In this document: piece after piece, positions 40,086-49,802 of the stretch
Layout of the letters: each line of letters starts with the position of its first letter
How positions within the stretch are numbered: position 1 is the stretch's first letter
Translations under genes and position numbers: made by a program
DNA from: Candidatus Nomurabacteria bacterium
GTDB lineage: Bacteria > Patescibacteriota > Minisyncoccia > Phycocordibacterales > UBA9973
Reading direction: 5' to 3'
NCBI GenBank assembly: GCA_029288725.1
Contig: JARIGS010000010.1
Coordinates: forward strand, 103,883 to 167,882
Length of the DNA: 64,000 nt
The notes under the pieces: generated by a model
What the model was told of the DNA's origin: nothing
The model's input: only the letters and a program-made list of their open reading frames with translations
The model's database searches: none

Positions 40086-40133
40086 TGTTTTCTATATTTA
40101 GTTTTTGATGTATGTTCTGAATATACTATATCA

Positions 40134-41204
40134 CTAATTTATCAAAAAGTCAATAGTGCCTCCCCCTACCACCCTTTCGCCTTCGTAAATAACAACCGAT
40201 TGGCCAAGTGGAATAGCCTCATTGCAGGTAAGCGTAATGGTATGTTCATCAAGTATGGCGGTCGGCAGTAGCGTACCGTGATACCGAATTTGTGCCGTAT
40301 GGACCGTGTCCTTTACAGGGGTAATAAACCAATTAGTGTCTCGCAATCGCACTATCGCCCTTCCTTCCTCGTGCTCCACTGCATGCATTGACGATGCAAC
40401 GGTAATAGTATTATTTTCAATATCCTTGGCTACCAGATAGTACGGGGTGCGACTACTGGTGTGTTCAGTGATGCGAAAGCCGTGGCGTTCCCCTAACGTG
40501 TAAAACCACACGCCATCATGCTCGCCTACTACCTTTCCTTCTTCATTGATCACTGCACCGGGCTTTTCATCAATATAGTGGCGAAGAAATTCCTTCATAT
40601 CGACTTCACCCAGGAAACAGATGCCCTGACTGTCTTTCTTGGTTGCTGTAAACAGTCCCGCCTTTTCTGCAATCGCCCGCACTTCATACTTATGCAAATG
40701 TCCGATAGGAAATAATATGTTTGGCAACAATGCTTTGTCTATCATCCATAAAAAATAGGATTGGTCTTTAGCGGGGTCAGCGCCTTTTCTCAACTCTTCC
40801 GCTCCGTCAGAGCCTACGGCCGTTCTGCAATAGTGCCCGGTCGCAATACCCTCAGCTCCATGAGCCTTGGCATATTGCCACATTGCGCCAAACTTAATGA
40901 CTTTATTGCAGAGCACGTCAGGGTTAGGCGTACGACCAGCCTTGTATTCGCTGATCATGTAGTCGGCCACCCCCTGTTTGTATTCCTCAGTCGCATCCAA
41001 AAAGTGAAACTTAATGCCTAATGCTGCACAGATCCGCATCGCATCACGTTTTTCATCTACCCACGTACACGGCACCCAGTCCGGTGCCCAGGTCTTCACG
41101 AATATTCCCTCGACATCATAACCCTGTTGTAACAGCAGATACGCCGAAACAGAACTATCTACTCCGCCCGATATCCCAACAAATATTTTATTTTTCTTAT
41201 TCAC
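40134..41204 (-). CDS. mnmA: tRNA 2-thiouridylase MnmA
   Basis: SGGVDSS, TPNPDVLCN, ATGHY, KDQSYFL, DSQGICF. Confidence 0.97.
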   Translation of the reverse strand: MNKKNKIFVGISGGVDSSVSAYLLLQQGYDVEGIFVKTWAPDWVPCTWVDEKRDAMRICAALGIKFHFLDATEEYKQGVADYMISEYKAGRTPNPDVLCNKVIKFGAMWQYAKAHGAEGIATGHYCRTAVGSDGAEELRKGADPAKDQSYFLWMIDKALLPNILFPIGHLHKYEVRAIAEKAGLFTATKKDSQGICFLGEVDMKEFLRHYIDEKPGAVINEEGKVVGEHDGVWFYTLGERHGFRITEHTSSRTPYYLVAKDIENNTITVASSMHAVEHEEGRAIVRLRDTNWFITPVKDTVHTAQIRYHGTLLPTAILDEHTITLTCNEAIPLGQSVVIYEGERVVGGGTIDFLIN

Positions 41205-41257
41205 AGAAAAATACTACCATAAAAAACAAAAACCGCCCTTTCGGACGGTTTAATAAT

Positions 41258-41788
41258 TTAGTTTAAGTTTTGAATGATTTTTTCTTCTTTTAAGAAATGG
41301 GATGTTGGAACGAAATTTTTTATCATGTTAACCACCAAAGAAAAGGGGGCTGCTATACCCTCTAGTGTGCACTTCACTCCTTCTGATATGCAATGAAGAA
41401 GTTCATCTTTCTGAATATCTTCGATGATATCTTTGGACATAGCATCCGATCGCTCTTCAAGAAGAGTTAACATATCAATTTTCTCTAAAACATAATCGTT
41501 AAAGGTGAAAAATTGATCAGCGATATGCAAACCTTCTATCACCTGTTCCTCAATTAGACAAGACCAGGTGGCAAACATTTCTCGCGCCTCTTTTAATGAA
41601 TGCGCATTGGATTGCTCCCGGAATAATGCTAACAAACTGGTGTGATAGTTATTTTGAATTATCTGGTGAGAAATATTTGTCAGTTTTTGTATAGCTTCTA
41701 ACTTATCTTTTAAGTTATGCTTTTTTGAGGCACTTATGAAATTTCTTTTTGCTTCTTCAAAGTTAGAGAAATAATCTACTGGTTTCAT
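41258..41788 (-). CDS. Hypothetical helical protein (AT-rich orphan)
   Basis: 176-aa ORF; TTGACT-17-TAATAT promoter; hairpin 41228-41251 downstream. Confidence 0.55.
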   Translation of the reverse strand: MKPVDYFSNFEEAKRNFISASKKHNLKDKLEAIQKLTNISHQIIQNNYHTSLLALFREQSNAHSLKEAREMFATWSCLIEEQVIEGLHIADQFFTFNDYVLEKIDMLTLLEERSDAMSKDIIEDIQKDELLHCISEGVKCTLEGIAAPFSLVVNMIKNFVPTSHFLKEEKIIQNLN

Positions 41789-41960
41789 ATATGTAAGTTT
41801 AAGAGTTACCACATATTTCCAGCGTATGTGCAAAAAATATAAGGTAACCCTTAAACAAATTCAAAGAACGTTGATTTTATATTAACACTTTTTATTTAAA
41901 AAGTCAATAGCCCTCAAATCCAAGGCGCCCCTGGCAGAAGGTTCCCTATCATGTTGAAAT

Positions 41961-42503
41961 TTACTTTAAATTCAAAAGCTTCTTAAAAAGCTCGTAGGTT
42001 GCATATGCATCCGCGAAAGCCGAGTGAGCCTTTTTGTTTTCAATGCCATAGTGCTCGGTGAGCGCTTTGAGTGAAAACTTACTGATATCATCCTGATCGT
42101 GCAGCACGCCAAATGCCAATGCAATGGTATCAAGCTTATGATAGTGCATCTTATTTTCAGTACCAGTTTTTTTCAGGGCTTTCTCAATGAAGCCATAGTC
42201 AAAGGTCAAGTTATGGGCAACAAAGATTGCACCGCTCGTTTTTTCTGAAAAGCTTTTCATCGCGTCTTCGAGGGTAACGGCAAAGAGCCAGTCGGCTTCA
42301 TTGTAGCCGTTCACGCGCAATGCCGCCGGCTCTGCCGTTTCGATATGCTGGGGATGAATCTTGAGATCAAGCTGATCGGTAACGACCAGTTCCCCATCTT
42401 TCATTTTGGCAATAACGACACCGAGTTCGATAATTTCCGCGATCTCATTATCAAGACCAGTAGTTTCGACGTCGATAAATGCAAGTGGTTGTTGAAGCAT
42501 CAT
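41961..42503 (-). CDS. DEDDh 3'-5' exonuclease (DnaQ-like)
   Basis: DVETTGL, AHNLTFD, LDT, HSAFAD. Confidence 0.9.
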   Translation of the reverse strand: MMLQQPLAFIDVETTGLDNEIAEIIELGVVIAKMKDGELVVTDQLDLKIHPQHIETAEPAALRVNGYNEADWLFAVTLEDAMKSFSEKTSGAIFVAHNLTFDYGFIEKALKKTGTENKMHYHKLDTIALAFGVLHDQDDISKFSLKALTEHYGIENKKAHSAFADAYATYELFKKLLNLK

Positions 42504-42509
42504 AGAGTA

Positions 42510-43379
42510 TTAGAGGTATTTTTTAATGTTTTGCTGGTGCTGCTGATAGGTAGAAGCATAGTGTACGTTGCCGTTGTGATCGTGTAAATAGTACAAATAA
42601 TCTGAATCCTCGGGGTGTAATGCAGCCTGAATAGCTACCATGCCCGGATTATTAATTGGCGTAGCTGGTAATCCTTTGTGACTGTAGGTGCTTGGTACTG
42701 CATCAACCTGGAGTGGCATGCCATTCTGCAAACGTTTCCACAAAATGCCGGCAATGACAGAGCTATCATTCGTACCTTCGGCTTCCTTTTGCACAATCGA
42801 AGCCATGATAATGATATTCGCCTCACTGTGCCCTGATGCTGCAATGTCGGCACGGAGCGGAGCGATTTTTTGTTCATAGTTGCGTTGCTGATCGGCAATG
42901 ATATTTTCAGGCAATGGCGTTGCAAAAAAACCATAGGTGTCAGGGAAAAGATATCCCTCTAGACCACTTGCCTGTTTGAGAAAACCGGCACTGTCAAATT
43001 CAGGAAACACTGCCTTTAGACGAGTGGCCATGTCTTGATTGGTATAGCCCTCAGGGAAAGTTACTTTCGTTTTCGTAATGCCAAATTCCTTGCCGGATAA
43101 TCGCAATGCAATACCCACGGCAGAGATAGGATGATCGAATGAATATTCCCCCTCGCTGATACGAGTATCACTTCCCAATACTTCCATCAGAAACTGAAAG
43201 GTACGACGAGATCGAATGGCACCATCGTTGGCTAGTTGGTGGGAAATAGCACTTGCCCCTTCTCCCGTAGTAACGGTGAGATGATAAGGCGCCGGAAAGG
43301 TACTCGGTGCGGCAACAAAGGCATGGTAGAGGCTGCCGAAAAAGATGACTACAATGACAACAATAGTAATGAATCGCAT
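42510..43379 (-). CDS. mltG: Endolytic transglycosylase MltG
   Basis: TFPEG, LEGYLFPDTY, MASIVQKE, LQVD, GLPATPINNPG. Confidence 0.92.
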   Translation of the reverse strand: MRFITIVVIVVIFFGSLYHAFVAAPSTFPAPYHLTVTTGEGASAISHQLANDGAIRSRRTFQFLMEVLGSDTRISEGEYSFDHPISAVGIALRLSGKEFGITKTKVTFPEGYTNQDMATRLKAVFPEFDSAGFLKQASGLEGYLFPDTYGFFATPLPENIIADQQRNYEQKIAPLRADIAASGHSEANIIIMASIVQKEAEGTNDSSVIAGILWKRLQNGMPLQVDAVPSTYSHKGLPATPINNPGMVAIQAALHPEDSDYLYYLHDHNGNVHYASTYQQHQQNIKKYL

Positions 43380-43380
43380 A

Positions 43381-44655
43381 CTAGATAGGAAGGTTTGCCG
43401 GCGGTTCTGCTTTCGTTGCTTCAATACGGACAAAGCTTGGAGTTTCTGCTACGCGACCTGGCAAGTGGAATATTGTTGCAAGCTCTTCTGTTGAAAGGAC
43501 GAATGGCTTTCTGCCCGATACTTCCGGATGGGTAAAGTATGTTTCGGGATTAGCAAGATTAAAGCCACCGTAAAAATATGCCCGAGCCTTGTACGCACCC
43601 AATATGTCTTTTTTGGCCTTGGTAGTTTTCTTGCCCGTAAGATCCTGCCACGGGAAATCAAAGCCCGTAGGACCATCCGGTTTGAAACTATTAAAGTCAT
43701 TGGAATTGTACTGTCGCACCATGCCGGTTAATCCCGCAATGCGATTGGCATCAAACTTATCCGGCTGAGTGAGATATATCGCACGAATGCCTGCATCAAA
43801 TGCAAACTTGCTGGCATTGCGCTCTACCGCTTCAATGACGCCCAACTCACCTCGTGTTGCGCGACGAGTAGCAATTGTTTTCCCCTCCTTATCTTTTTCA
43901 TTCAAGCTGTCATTGAACTCCTTGATGACTGCCTTCACTTTGTCAGGCCATTTTTTGCCCCCCTCTTCTTCTCCGGCTTTGTTTTTAACCACGAAACGAT
44001 CGGTCACCCCACGGACAAGGACCTGAAACCATATCTGTTCACCGGCTCCAATTGACCCCATGAATTCAAGCATAGGCGTAATAGGATCAATACGCTGCTG
44101 TTCGTCCAGTGAGCCAACGGCACGATCAAGTCCAAAGTCGACATAGGTCTTGATCGGATAGACATCGTCTTTAGCCAATACCATCTGTGTTCCCCATAAT
44201 GCTACGGGCGCGCTGCCTTCAAGAGGAATATCGGGAATCGCTGCAGTATAGTCTTCAACTTCAGTCACTTCGGCTTGCGGATACTGGGCATAAATCTGAG
44301 ACTGAATCACGCTCTTGAACTTGGTAGCAGTACGAATATAAAAATGAATGGAACCCTCGATCGAGACGATTTCCAGTGAGAACCAGTTGCGCATCGCACC
44401 CTGCCAGTATTTTTGCATCCAGTTACCGTGACCACCGGTCTGATAAAGCGAGTTCAAGACCAATTCCATTGCCAATGGTGATTTAAAAACTTCCTTCGGC
44501 GGTTTTACTTCGAGCAAAGTCCATTTGATAGAACGAAGAAACAAAGTTTGGACATATGATAGCCACAATTCCCACGCGAGAAAAGAAAGAATGGGTACTG
44601 CCACAATGACAATAACGAGAGCAGTAAGGAACGAGGGTGCGAGCGTTTGTTGCAT
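43381..44655 (-). CDS. Conserved membrane-anchored hypothetical protein of CPR type
   Basis: N-terminal TM; LLEVKPP..KSPLAME, FSLEIVS, YAQYP..E.DY, LSTEELATIFHLP, PPANLP. Confidence 0.65.
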   Translation of the reverse strand: MQQTLAPSFLTALVIVIVAVPILSFLAWELWLSYVQTLFLRSIKWTLLEVKPPKEVFKSPLAMELVLNSLYQTGGHGNWMQKYWQGAMRNWFSLEIVSIEGSIHFYIRTATKFKSVIQSQIYAQYPQAEVTEVEDYTAAIPDIPLEGSAPVALWGTQMVLAKDDVYPIKTYVDFGLDRAVGSLDEQQRIDPITPMLEFMGSIGAGEQIWFQVLVRGVTDRFVVKNKAGEEEGGKKWPDKVKAVIKEFNDSLNEKDKEGKTIATRRATRGELGVIEAVERNASKFAFDAGIRAIYLTQPDKFDANRIAGLTGMVRQYNSNDFNSFKPDGPTGFDFPWQDLTGKKTTKAKKDILGAYKARAYFYGGFNLANPETYFTHPEVSGRKPFVLSTEELATIFHLPGRVAETPSFVRIEATKAEPPANLPI

Positions 44656-44678
44656 GGCATTAGTATACCATTGAGTAT

Positions 44679-45356
44679 TTAAAAAGTGGTACCTCCGGAA
44701 CCAGATGAAGTGGGTGAAGTAGTGGTTTGCGGCGCAGGATGTACCAATACTGGTGTTGGAGCAATGTATGCTGGTGCTGTATAGGAAGCAGGAGCATCGG
44801 TGCTGGTGTTGTTAAAGCCGCTGGTAACAATCGGCGTTGGATTGGTACGAGCAATAAGCTTGATAGGAATACGGATTGCAATAGTTTTCCCTGTGGTGGC
44901 AGTTGTGCCGCTGATGATAACAGTTGCTGAAGTCGAACGCGCCACTCCTGACAATGGGATAGTGGCAGAAACGGTGACATCGCCAAACAATGACTTGCTG
45001 ATATCAAGCTGGGTGAGGTCTGACAGTATTGATCCTTTGCTGTCCACTACCTGGGCATTGAGAAATGTCGGCAAAGCACCGTCATTTAAACAGGTGGTGA
45101 CGCCCCCTTCAACAGTAACACTGGTATCGATCGATTCGCTTGGAGTCGGACGAGTAAAGACAAGGGTACAACCGCCAAGGTCATACTCTGTTGTCGTAGG
45201 GGCAGCAGTTTTTGTCTTGGTCGATGCGGTTGGTCCGCCGATAAGCGGTGTAATAGGAGTGCCAGTCAGCGTGGCAATAAGCCCTATCCCCAGCACAATG
45301 GCAAGGATAATCTCCAACGCACCCCATCCACTTCCACCAGCAGGAGCGTCAGCCAT
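44679..45356 (-). CDS. Membrane-anchored beta-rich protein with Ser/Thr/Pro-rich tail
   Basis: One N-terminal TM, Ig-like beta region with a Cys pair, low-complexity C-terminus. Confidence 0.6.
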   Translation of the reverse strand: MADAPAGGSGWGALEIILAIVLGIGLIATLTGTPITPLIGGPTASTKTKTAAPTTTEYDLGGCTLVFTRPTPSESIDTSVTVEGGVTTCLNDGALPTFLNAQVVDSKGSILSDLTQLDISKSLFGDVTVSATIPLSGVARSTSATVIISGTTATTGKTIAIRIPIKLIARTNPTPIVTSGFNNTSTDAPASYTAPAYIAPTPVLVHPAPQTTTSPTSSGSGGTTF

Positions 45357-45359
45357 GGA

Positions 45360-46394
45360 TTATTTCTTCGCAACGGTATAGGTACCGTTATCAAGCTTGG
45401 TAAAATATTTTGCGTTCTGGAGGTTGACGAGAATGGTGTTCTTCTTGAGGAAACGTTCCTTCAATACGCGGTCAACCACCTCTTCCTTGGTCAGCGGTCC
45501 TTCCTTAACGAGAATTTCCTTGATGACATCGCGGACAACGCCTGGCTTGTAGCCCCATTCAGAGAGTGCGTAGTAACCACGACCAACGAGCACGAAGCGT
45601 GGATCCTTGATTAGTTCGTTATGAGTAGTGGCAACATGAGTCTTGCGACCGAAGGTGTCAACGATTGCCTTTGCCACTTCACGGAAGTGCATTGGTGAGC
45701 CGTGCTTGCGCATCATGAGGAATGCATAGTCCTTGATACCACGAGTCTTGATGTTCTGTGATTCAGAAGGACCCCATTCGCCAAGCGGGTTCTTGCCGAT
45801 CTTCTTTGAGATATTGAGCCAGCGGCGGGCAATTTCCTCATTCTTGTACTGAGCAGCTACGCCCTTGAGTTCATCAAGAAAACGGCTAACGAGGTCGTCC
45901 TCACTGAGCAGTTCCTTGTCGTTAAGCCCCTTGTAGACCTTGTGCAAGGCATCATGAATAACTTCTGAGAGTTCAGCGTCAACAGTCCAGCGTGTCTGGA
46001 AGTGGTCATCCTCCTTCAGCTTTTCAAACTGTTCACCCAATACCATGTAGAAACGAATGTGGTTTTGGATTGACTTGTCCTTTGACACATAGGAAAGAAA
46101 GTCATCCTCATGAACCATGGCACCCATTGCCTCAACCAGGCCTTTCAGTTCGCTGAATACCTTGGTTTCGGTCTTAAAGGCCTCACTTTTGCGAATAGCC
46201 GCAAGTGCCGCGTTTTCGATCTGACGAACGCGTTCACGAGTGATGCCGTATTTCTTACCGATTGCCTCAAGCGTCTTTGAGTCCGCATTGTCCTCGAGAC
46301 CGTAACGGTTGACGATGATGTCATGCGCGCGATCCTGGAGGTTTGAGAGCAGTCGTTTGGTGACCTGTTTTGGTTTAAAACTGATAGTTGCCAT
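45360..46394 (-). CDS. Sigma70 region-4 HTH protein with C-terminal delta/HARE-type wHTH domains
   Basis: RYGL..KTLEAIGKKYGITRERVRQIE; PMHFREVA, HNELIKDPRFVLVGRGYYALSEW. Confidence 0.8.
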   Translation of the reverse strand: MATISFKPKQVTKRLLSNLQDRAHDIIVNRYGLEDNADSKTLEAIGKKYGITRERVRQIENAALAAIRKSEAFKTETKVFSELKGLVEAMGAMVHEDDFLSYVSKDKSIQNHIRFYMVLGEQFEKLKEDDHFQTRWTVDAELSEVIHDALHKVYKGLNDKELLSEDDLVSRFLDELKGVAAQYKNEEIARRWLNISKKIGKNPLGEWGPSESQNIKTRGIKDYAFLMMRKHGSPMHFREVAKAIVDTFGRKTHVATTHNELIKDPRFVLVGRGYYALSEWGYKPGVVRDVIKEILVKEGPLTKEEVVDRVLKERFLKKNTILVNLQNAKYFTKLDNGTYTVAKK

Positions 46395-46473
46395 GTGTCT
46401 TAGGGGTTACTGTTAGTTAGTATCAATACACTTTATCATGGATATAAAAAAAGTCAAACACTTGTCAAGAGGA

Positions 46474-47526
46474 TTACAATAAGCGACGGACATCCCCTAC
46501 CGTCAGCAGGAGCATAAGGCCCAAAAGGATCAAAAAGCCAATAAAATGAATGATCCCAACGGTTTTTTGAGAAAACTTCTTTCGGGTAATTGCCTCGAGA
46601 AGCACCACTACCAGTCGTCCTCCGTCCAAGGCTGGAAATGGCATAATATTGATCACTGCCAGATTTACGGAGATTGCGGCCGTAAATGCCAGCAAATACG
46701 TAAAGCCAATGCTGGCCGCACTGCCCACTTCCTGAGCCAAACCAACGGGGCCAACAAGACCAGCTGCGGCGTTGTTATGATGAAAGATGCCGCGAATCAG
46801 GCCAGCAAGGGTGGCGAAGATTTCACCGCCGGTAATCCAGGTCTGTTCAGCTGCGGCCTTAATAGCAGTGAAGAATGGTAGGTGCTGCTGGACAACTGGC
46901 TCAACAGCAATGCCGATAACACGCGCATCACCTTCTCCGGTTGGCGTGATGGTTGTCGCATGGGTCGCATTGGCATGTTTGTAGGTCACGGTAATCGGTC
47001 CTTCGCTCTTGATCACGGCTGCATGGAGGTTCTCGGTGGTGACGGGATTGCTGACCATTGCTGTGCTCGTCGTAACGGAAGTGATGACATCTCCCACTTC
47101 GATGCCGCTCTTCTCGGAAGGAGAACCAGAAACAATGCTGACCACCGTTGGCGTGCCATGATCACTCGCTACCGGCATGCCGATAGTATAGGCAGCGGTA
47201 AAGAGCACGATTGCAAGAAGAATATTACACACCACACCAGCAACAAGCACGATGCTTTTCAGGTACCACGGTTTTGATTCAAACTGCTTCTCAAATGGTA
47301 TGCCATGCTCAGTACCATCCTCACCGGCAATCTTTACGAAGCCGCCAATCGGCAAGGCATTGATCGAATATGTCGTCTCCCCCTTTTTCCAGGCATAGAG
47401 GCGTGGTGGAATACCGAAACCGAATTCCTCCACTGTCATGCCGCTTTTGCGGGCGGCAAAAAAGTGACCGCATTCATGCACAATGACGGTTACAAGGAGA
47501 ACGATGATGAAAATGATAATGGTCAT
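46474..47526 (-). CDS. rseP: RIP metalloprotease RseP (M50, PDZ)
   Basis: HECGH, FGFGIPP, PIGGFV, NIMPFPALDGG. Confidence 0.93.
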   Translation of the reverse strand: MTIIIFIIVLLVTVIVHECGHFFAARKSGMTVEEFGFGIPPRLYAWKKGETTYSINALPIGGFVKIAGEDGTEHGIPFEKQFESKPWYLKSIVLVAGVVCNILLAIVLFTAAYTIGMPVASDHGTPTVVSIVSGSPSEKSGIEVGDVITSVTTSTAMVSNPVTTENLHAAVIKSEGPITVTYKHANATHATTITPTGEGDARVIGIAVEPVVQQHLPFFTAIKAAAEQTWITGGEIFATLAGLIRGIFHHNNAAAGLVGPVGLAQEVGSAASIGFTYLLAFTAAISVNLAVINIMPFPALDGGRLVVVLLEAITRKKFSQKTVGIIHFIGFLILLGLMLLLTVGDVRRLL

Positions 47527-47528
47527 AG

Positions 47529-48065
47529 TTAACTGAGAATGTCAGTCTCCTTCTTATTGAACAATGCTTCAAGCTCATTGTTGGCGGCATCGACAAGTTT
47601 CTGAACGTCTTCCTTGGCATTACGCATGACATCCTCGGGGAATTTCTGATTTTTGAAATCGTTCAGCGCTGACTCACGGGCCTTGCGCACGGTAATGCGG
47701 GCATCCTCAAGACGCTCCTTTGCAATCTTCACCAGCTTCTGACGGGTTTCCGTAGTAAGGGCGGGAATAATGACACGAATACCACTGTCATCAACAGCAA
47801 TAGAAAAGTTCAAGTCGGCAGCATACAAACCGCGTTCAACATCCTTGATCTGGCCCTTGTCCCACGGCACCACGCGCAATGTCTTCGGATCCTCAATCGT
47901 CGTTGAGGCAACGTTCTTTAACGGCTGGGCTGAACCATAGGCTTCCACCATCACGCCGTCGAGCAATGCCGGTGCCGCTCGTCCAGTATGAATCTGTCCG
48001 TATTCCTTGCTCAACCATTCCTGAGCCTGGGTAATTTCTTGTTTAAGAGGGTTTAAATCGTACAT
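47529..48065 (-). CDS. frr: Ribosome recycling factor
   Basis: IHTGRA, VEAYG, PWD, P.LT.E.R. Confidence 0.95.
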   Translation of the reverse strand: MYDLNPLKQEITQAQEWLSKEYGQIHTGRAAPALLDGVMVEAYGSAQPLKNVASTTIEDPKTLRVVPWDKGQIKDVERGLYAADLNFSIAVDDSGIRVIIPALTTETRQKLVKIAKERLEDARITVRKARESALNDFKNQKFPEDVMRNAKEDVQKLVDAANNELEALFNKKETDILS

Positions 48066-48088
48066 AGAAATTTAGTATAGCATGTAAA

Positions 48089-48712
48089 TTATAAGACCAT
48101 GCTTGCCGCATATTCAAGCACATATTTTGTAGGAAGGTTGCCGGCAAAGAGCATGTCCTTGGCAGTATAGATAATATGAGCCTTTGCAGGGATCGTGCGG
48201 ACATGGGCTTCGAGTAGATCGAGTAGCTGAATGGCCTTAGCTCGACGAGTGGCAGCATCTTCATCGGCATCACTGGCAAACTCTTCCTTGATCTGGGCAA
48301 GCATCGCATCACGAGACAGCATTGCTGATGTGTCAGAAGGTCGGATCTCCTTTTCACTATGTATGAGCATCACCCGGGAGCGAATGGTGATGGGCACCAG
48401 GTAGGGATACGGCGTCATCAACACGATAACAGTGTCTGGATCAGGCTCTTCCAATGACTTCAACAATATTTGTGCAGCATCAGGAGAAAAGAGTGAGAAA
48501 AAAACAATATACAATCGCTCACTGCCCGTACCCTCATTAATGAACGACACCAGGTTACGAGCATGGTCATTAGTGAAGCGAGCCACTGACAATCCACTGG
48601 TTAATGGATTGCGGACCAGTGCATCTGCCAAAAATTCCTCAAATGAGGATTCGCTACTCTGCAGTAAAAAAGTTTTTTGCGGAGTAAGGGCAATGATGTC
48701 ATCAACGGTCAT
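48089..48712 (-). CDS. Degenerate DNA polymerase III delta-prime-like protein
   Basis: AAQILLKSLEEP and TIRSR motifs; no P-loop or Zn module. Confidence 0.7.
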   Translation of the reverse strand: MTVDDIIALTPQKTFLLQSSESSFEEFLADALVRNPLTSGLSVARFTNDHARNLVSFINEGTGSERLYIVFFSLFSPDAAQILLKSLEEPDPDTVIVLMTPYPYLVPITIRSRVMLIHSEKEIRPSDTSAMLSRDAMLAQIKEEFASDADEDAATRRAKAIQLLDLLEAHVRTIPAKAHIIYTAKDMLFAGNLPTKYVLEYAASMVL

Positions 48713-48726
48713 GACAGTATTGTACC

Positions 48727-49746
48727 CTATCGCTTCGCCAAAATAGAACGCTTGTAATCATCAAGGTGACCGAGCAATACGCCGGTTCCCTTCGCCACGC
48801 AATACAGCGGATCATCAGCAACGCGAACCTTTACGCCGGTTTGCTGCTGAATCAGTTCGGGAAGGTGAGCCAGACTTGAGGTACCACCAGTCATGACGAT
48901 GCCGTAGTCGATAATGTCAGACGCCAATTCCGGTGGGGTATGTTCCAACACGGTCTTGATTGCCTTGATAATGATTTCCAATTCGTACTGAATGGCCTTC
49001 ACCAATTCATTGGTGGTAATGGTCAAAGTCTTTGGCAGGCCGGTCACGATGTCACGCCCCTTTACTTCCCCGCTGACATCAGGACTGACCGGGAGGGCGG
49101 AACACAAGGTCTTTTTCACTTCTTCAGCAGTCTGATCACCAATAGCAACGTTGTAGGTATGACGAAGGTAATCGATGATGGACTGATCAAACTTGTTACC
49201 GGCGCATTTCACCGATGTTGAAGCAATGATACCGCCGAGTGAGATCACTGCGACATCGGTGGTGCCTCCTCCGCTATCGATAACCATGCAACCGCGTGGT
49301 TCATTGATCGGCACTCCGGCACCAAGGGCGGCAAGAATCGGCTCCTTCACAATGATGGCAGTTCGCGCACCGGCTTTCATCGTTGCCTCAATAACTGCAC
49401 GACGTTCGGTGGAAGTAATACCCACGGGCACTGACACCAGCACATCCGGTTTGAACAACGATGTGCGACCCAATGCCTTATTGATGAAGTAATGCAGCAT
49501 GGCATATGTCACGGTATAGTTCGCAATCGCCCCATCCTGCATCGGGCGGTGGACTGACACGGAGTCTGGCGTCTTCCCAATCATATCCTTGGCATCGTTG
49601 CCAATCGCCTCAATGAACTTGGTCGTGCGATTAACCGCCACCACTGTTGGTTCGTTCAGGACAATGCCACTGCCGGCCATAAAAACCAGCGTATTTGCCG
49701 TTCCCAAATCGATACCTATCTTTTTATTGCCAGGAAGTTTCCACAT
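48727..49746 (-). CDS. mreB: Rod shape-determining protein MreB
   Basis: GIDLGTANT, EPTVVA, DSGGGTTD, TPPELASDI, TGG. Confidence 0.96.
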   Translation of the reverse strand: MWKLPGNKKIGIDLGTANTLVFMAGSGIVLNEPTVVAVNRTTKFIEAIGNDAKDMIGKTPDSVSVHRPMQDGAIANYTVTYAMLHYFINKALGRTSLFKPDVLVSVPVGITSTERRAVIEATMKAGARTAIIVKEPILAALGAGVPINEPRGCMVIDSGGGTTDVAVISLGGIIASTSVKCAGNKFDQSIIDYLRHTYNVAIGDQTAEEVKKTLCSALPVSPDVSGEVKGRDIVTGLPKTLTITTNELVKAIQYELEIIIKAIKTVLEHTPPELASDIIDYGIVMTGGTSSLAHLPELIQQQTGVKVRVADDPLYCVAKGTGVLLGHLDDYKRSILAKR

Positions 49747-49802
49747 CTGAATGACTATAGTATAGTGGCCAGAGCACTGATGTAAAGCGCAGCATCACTA
49801 CC

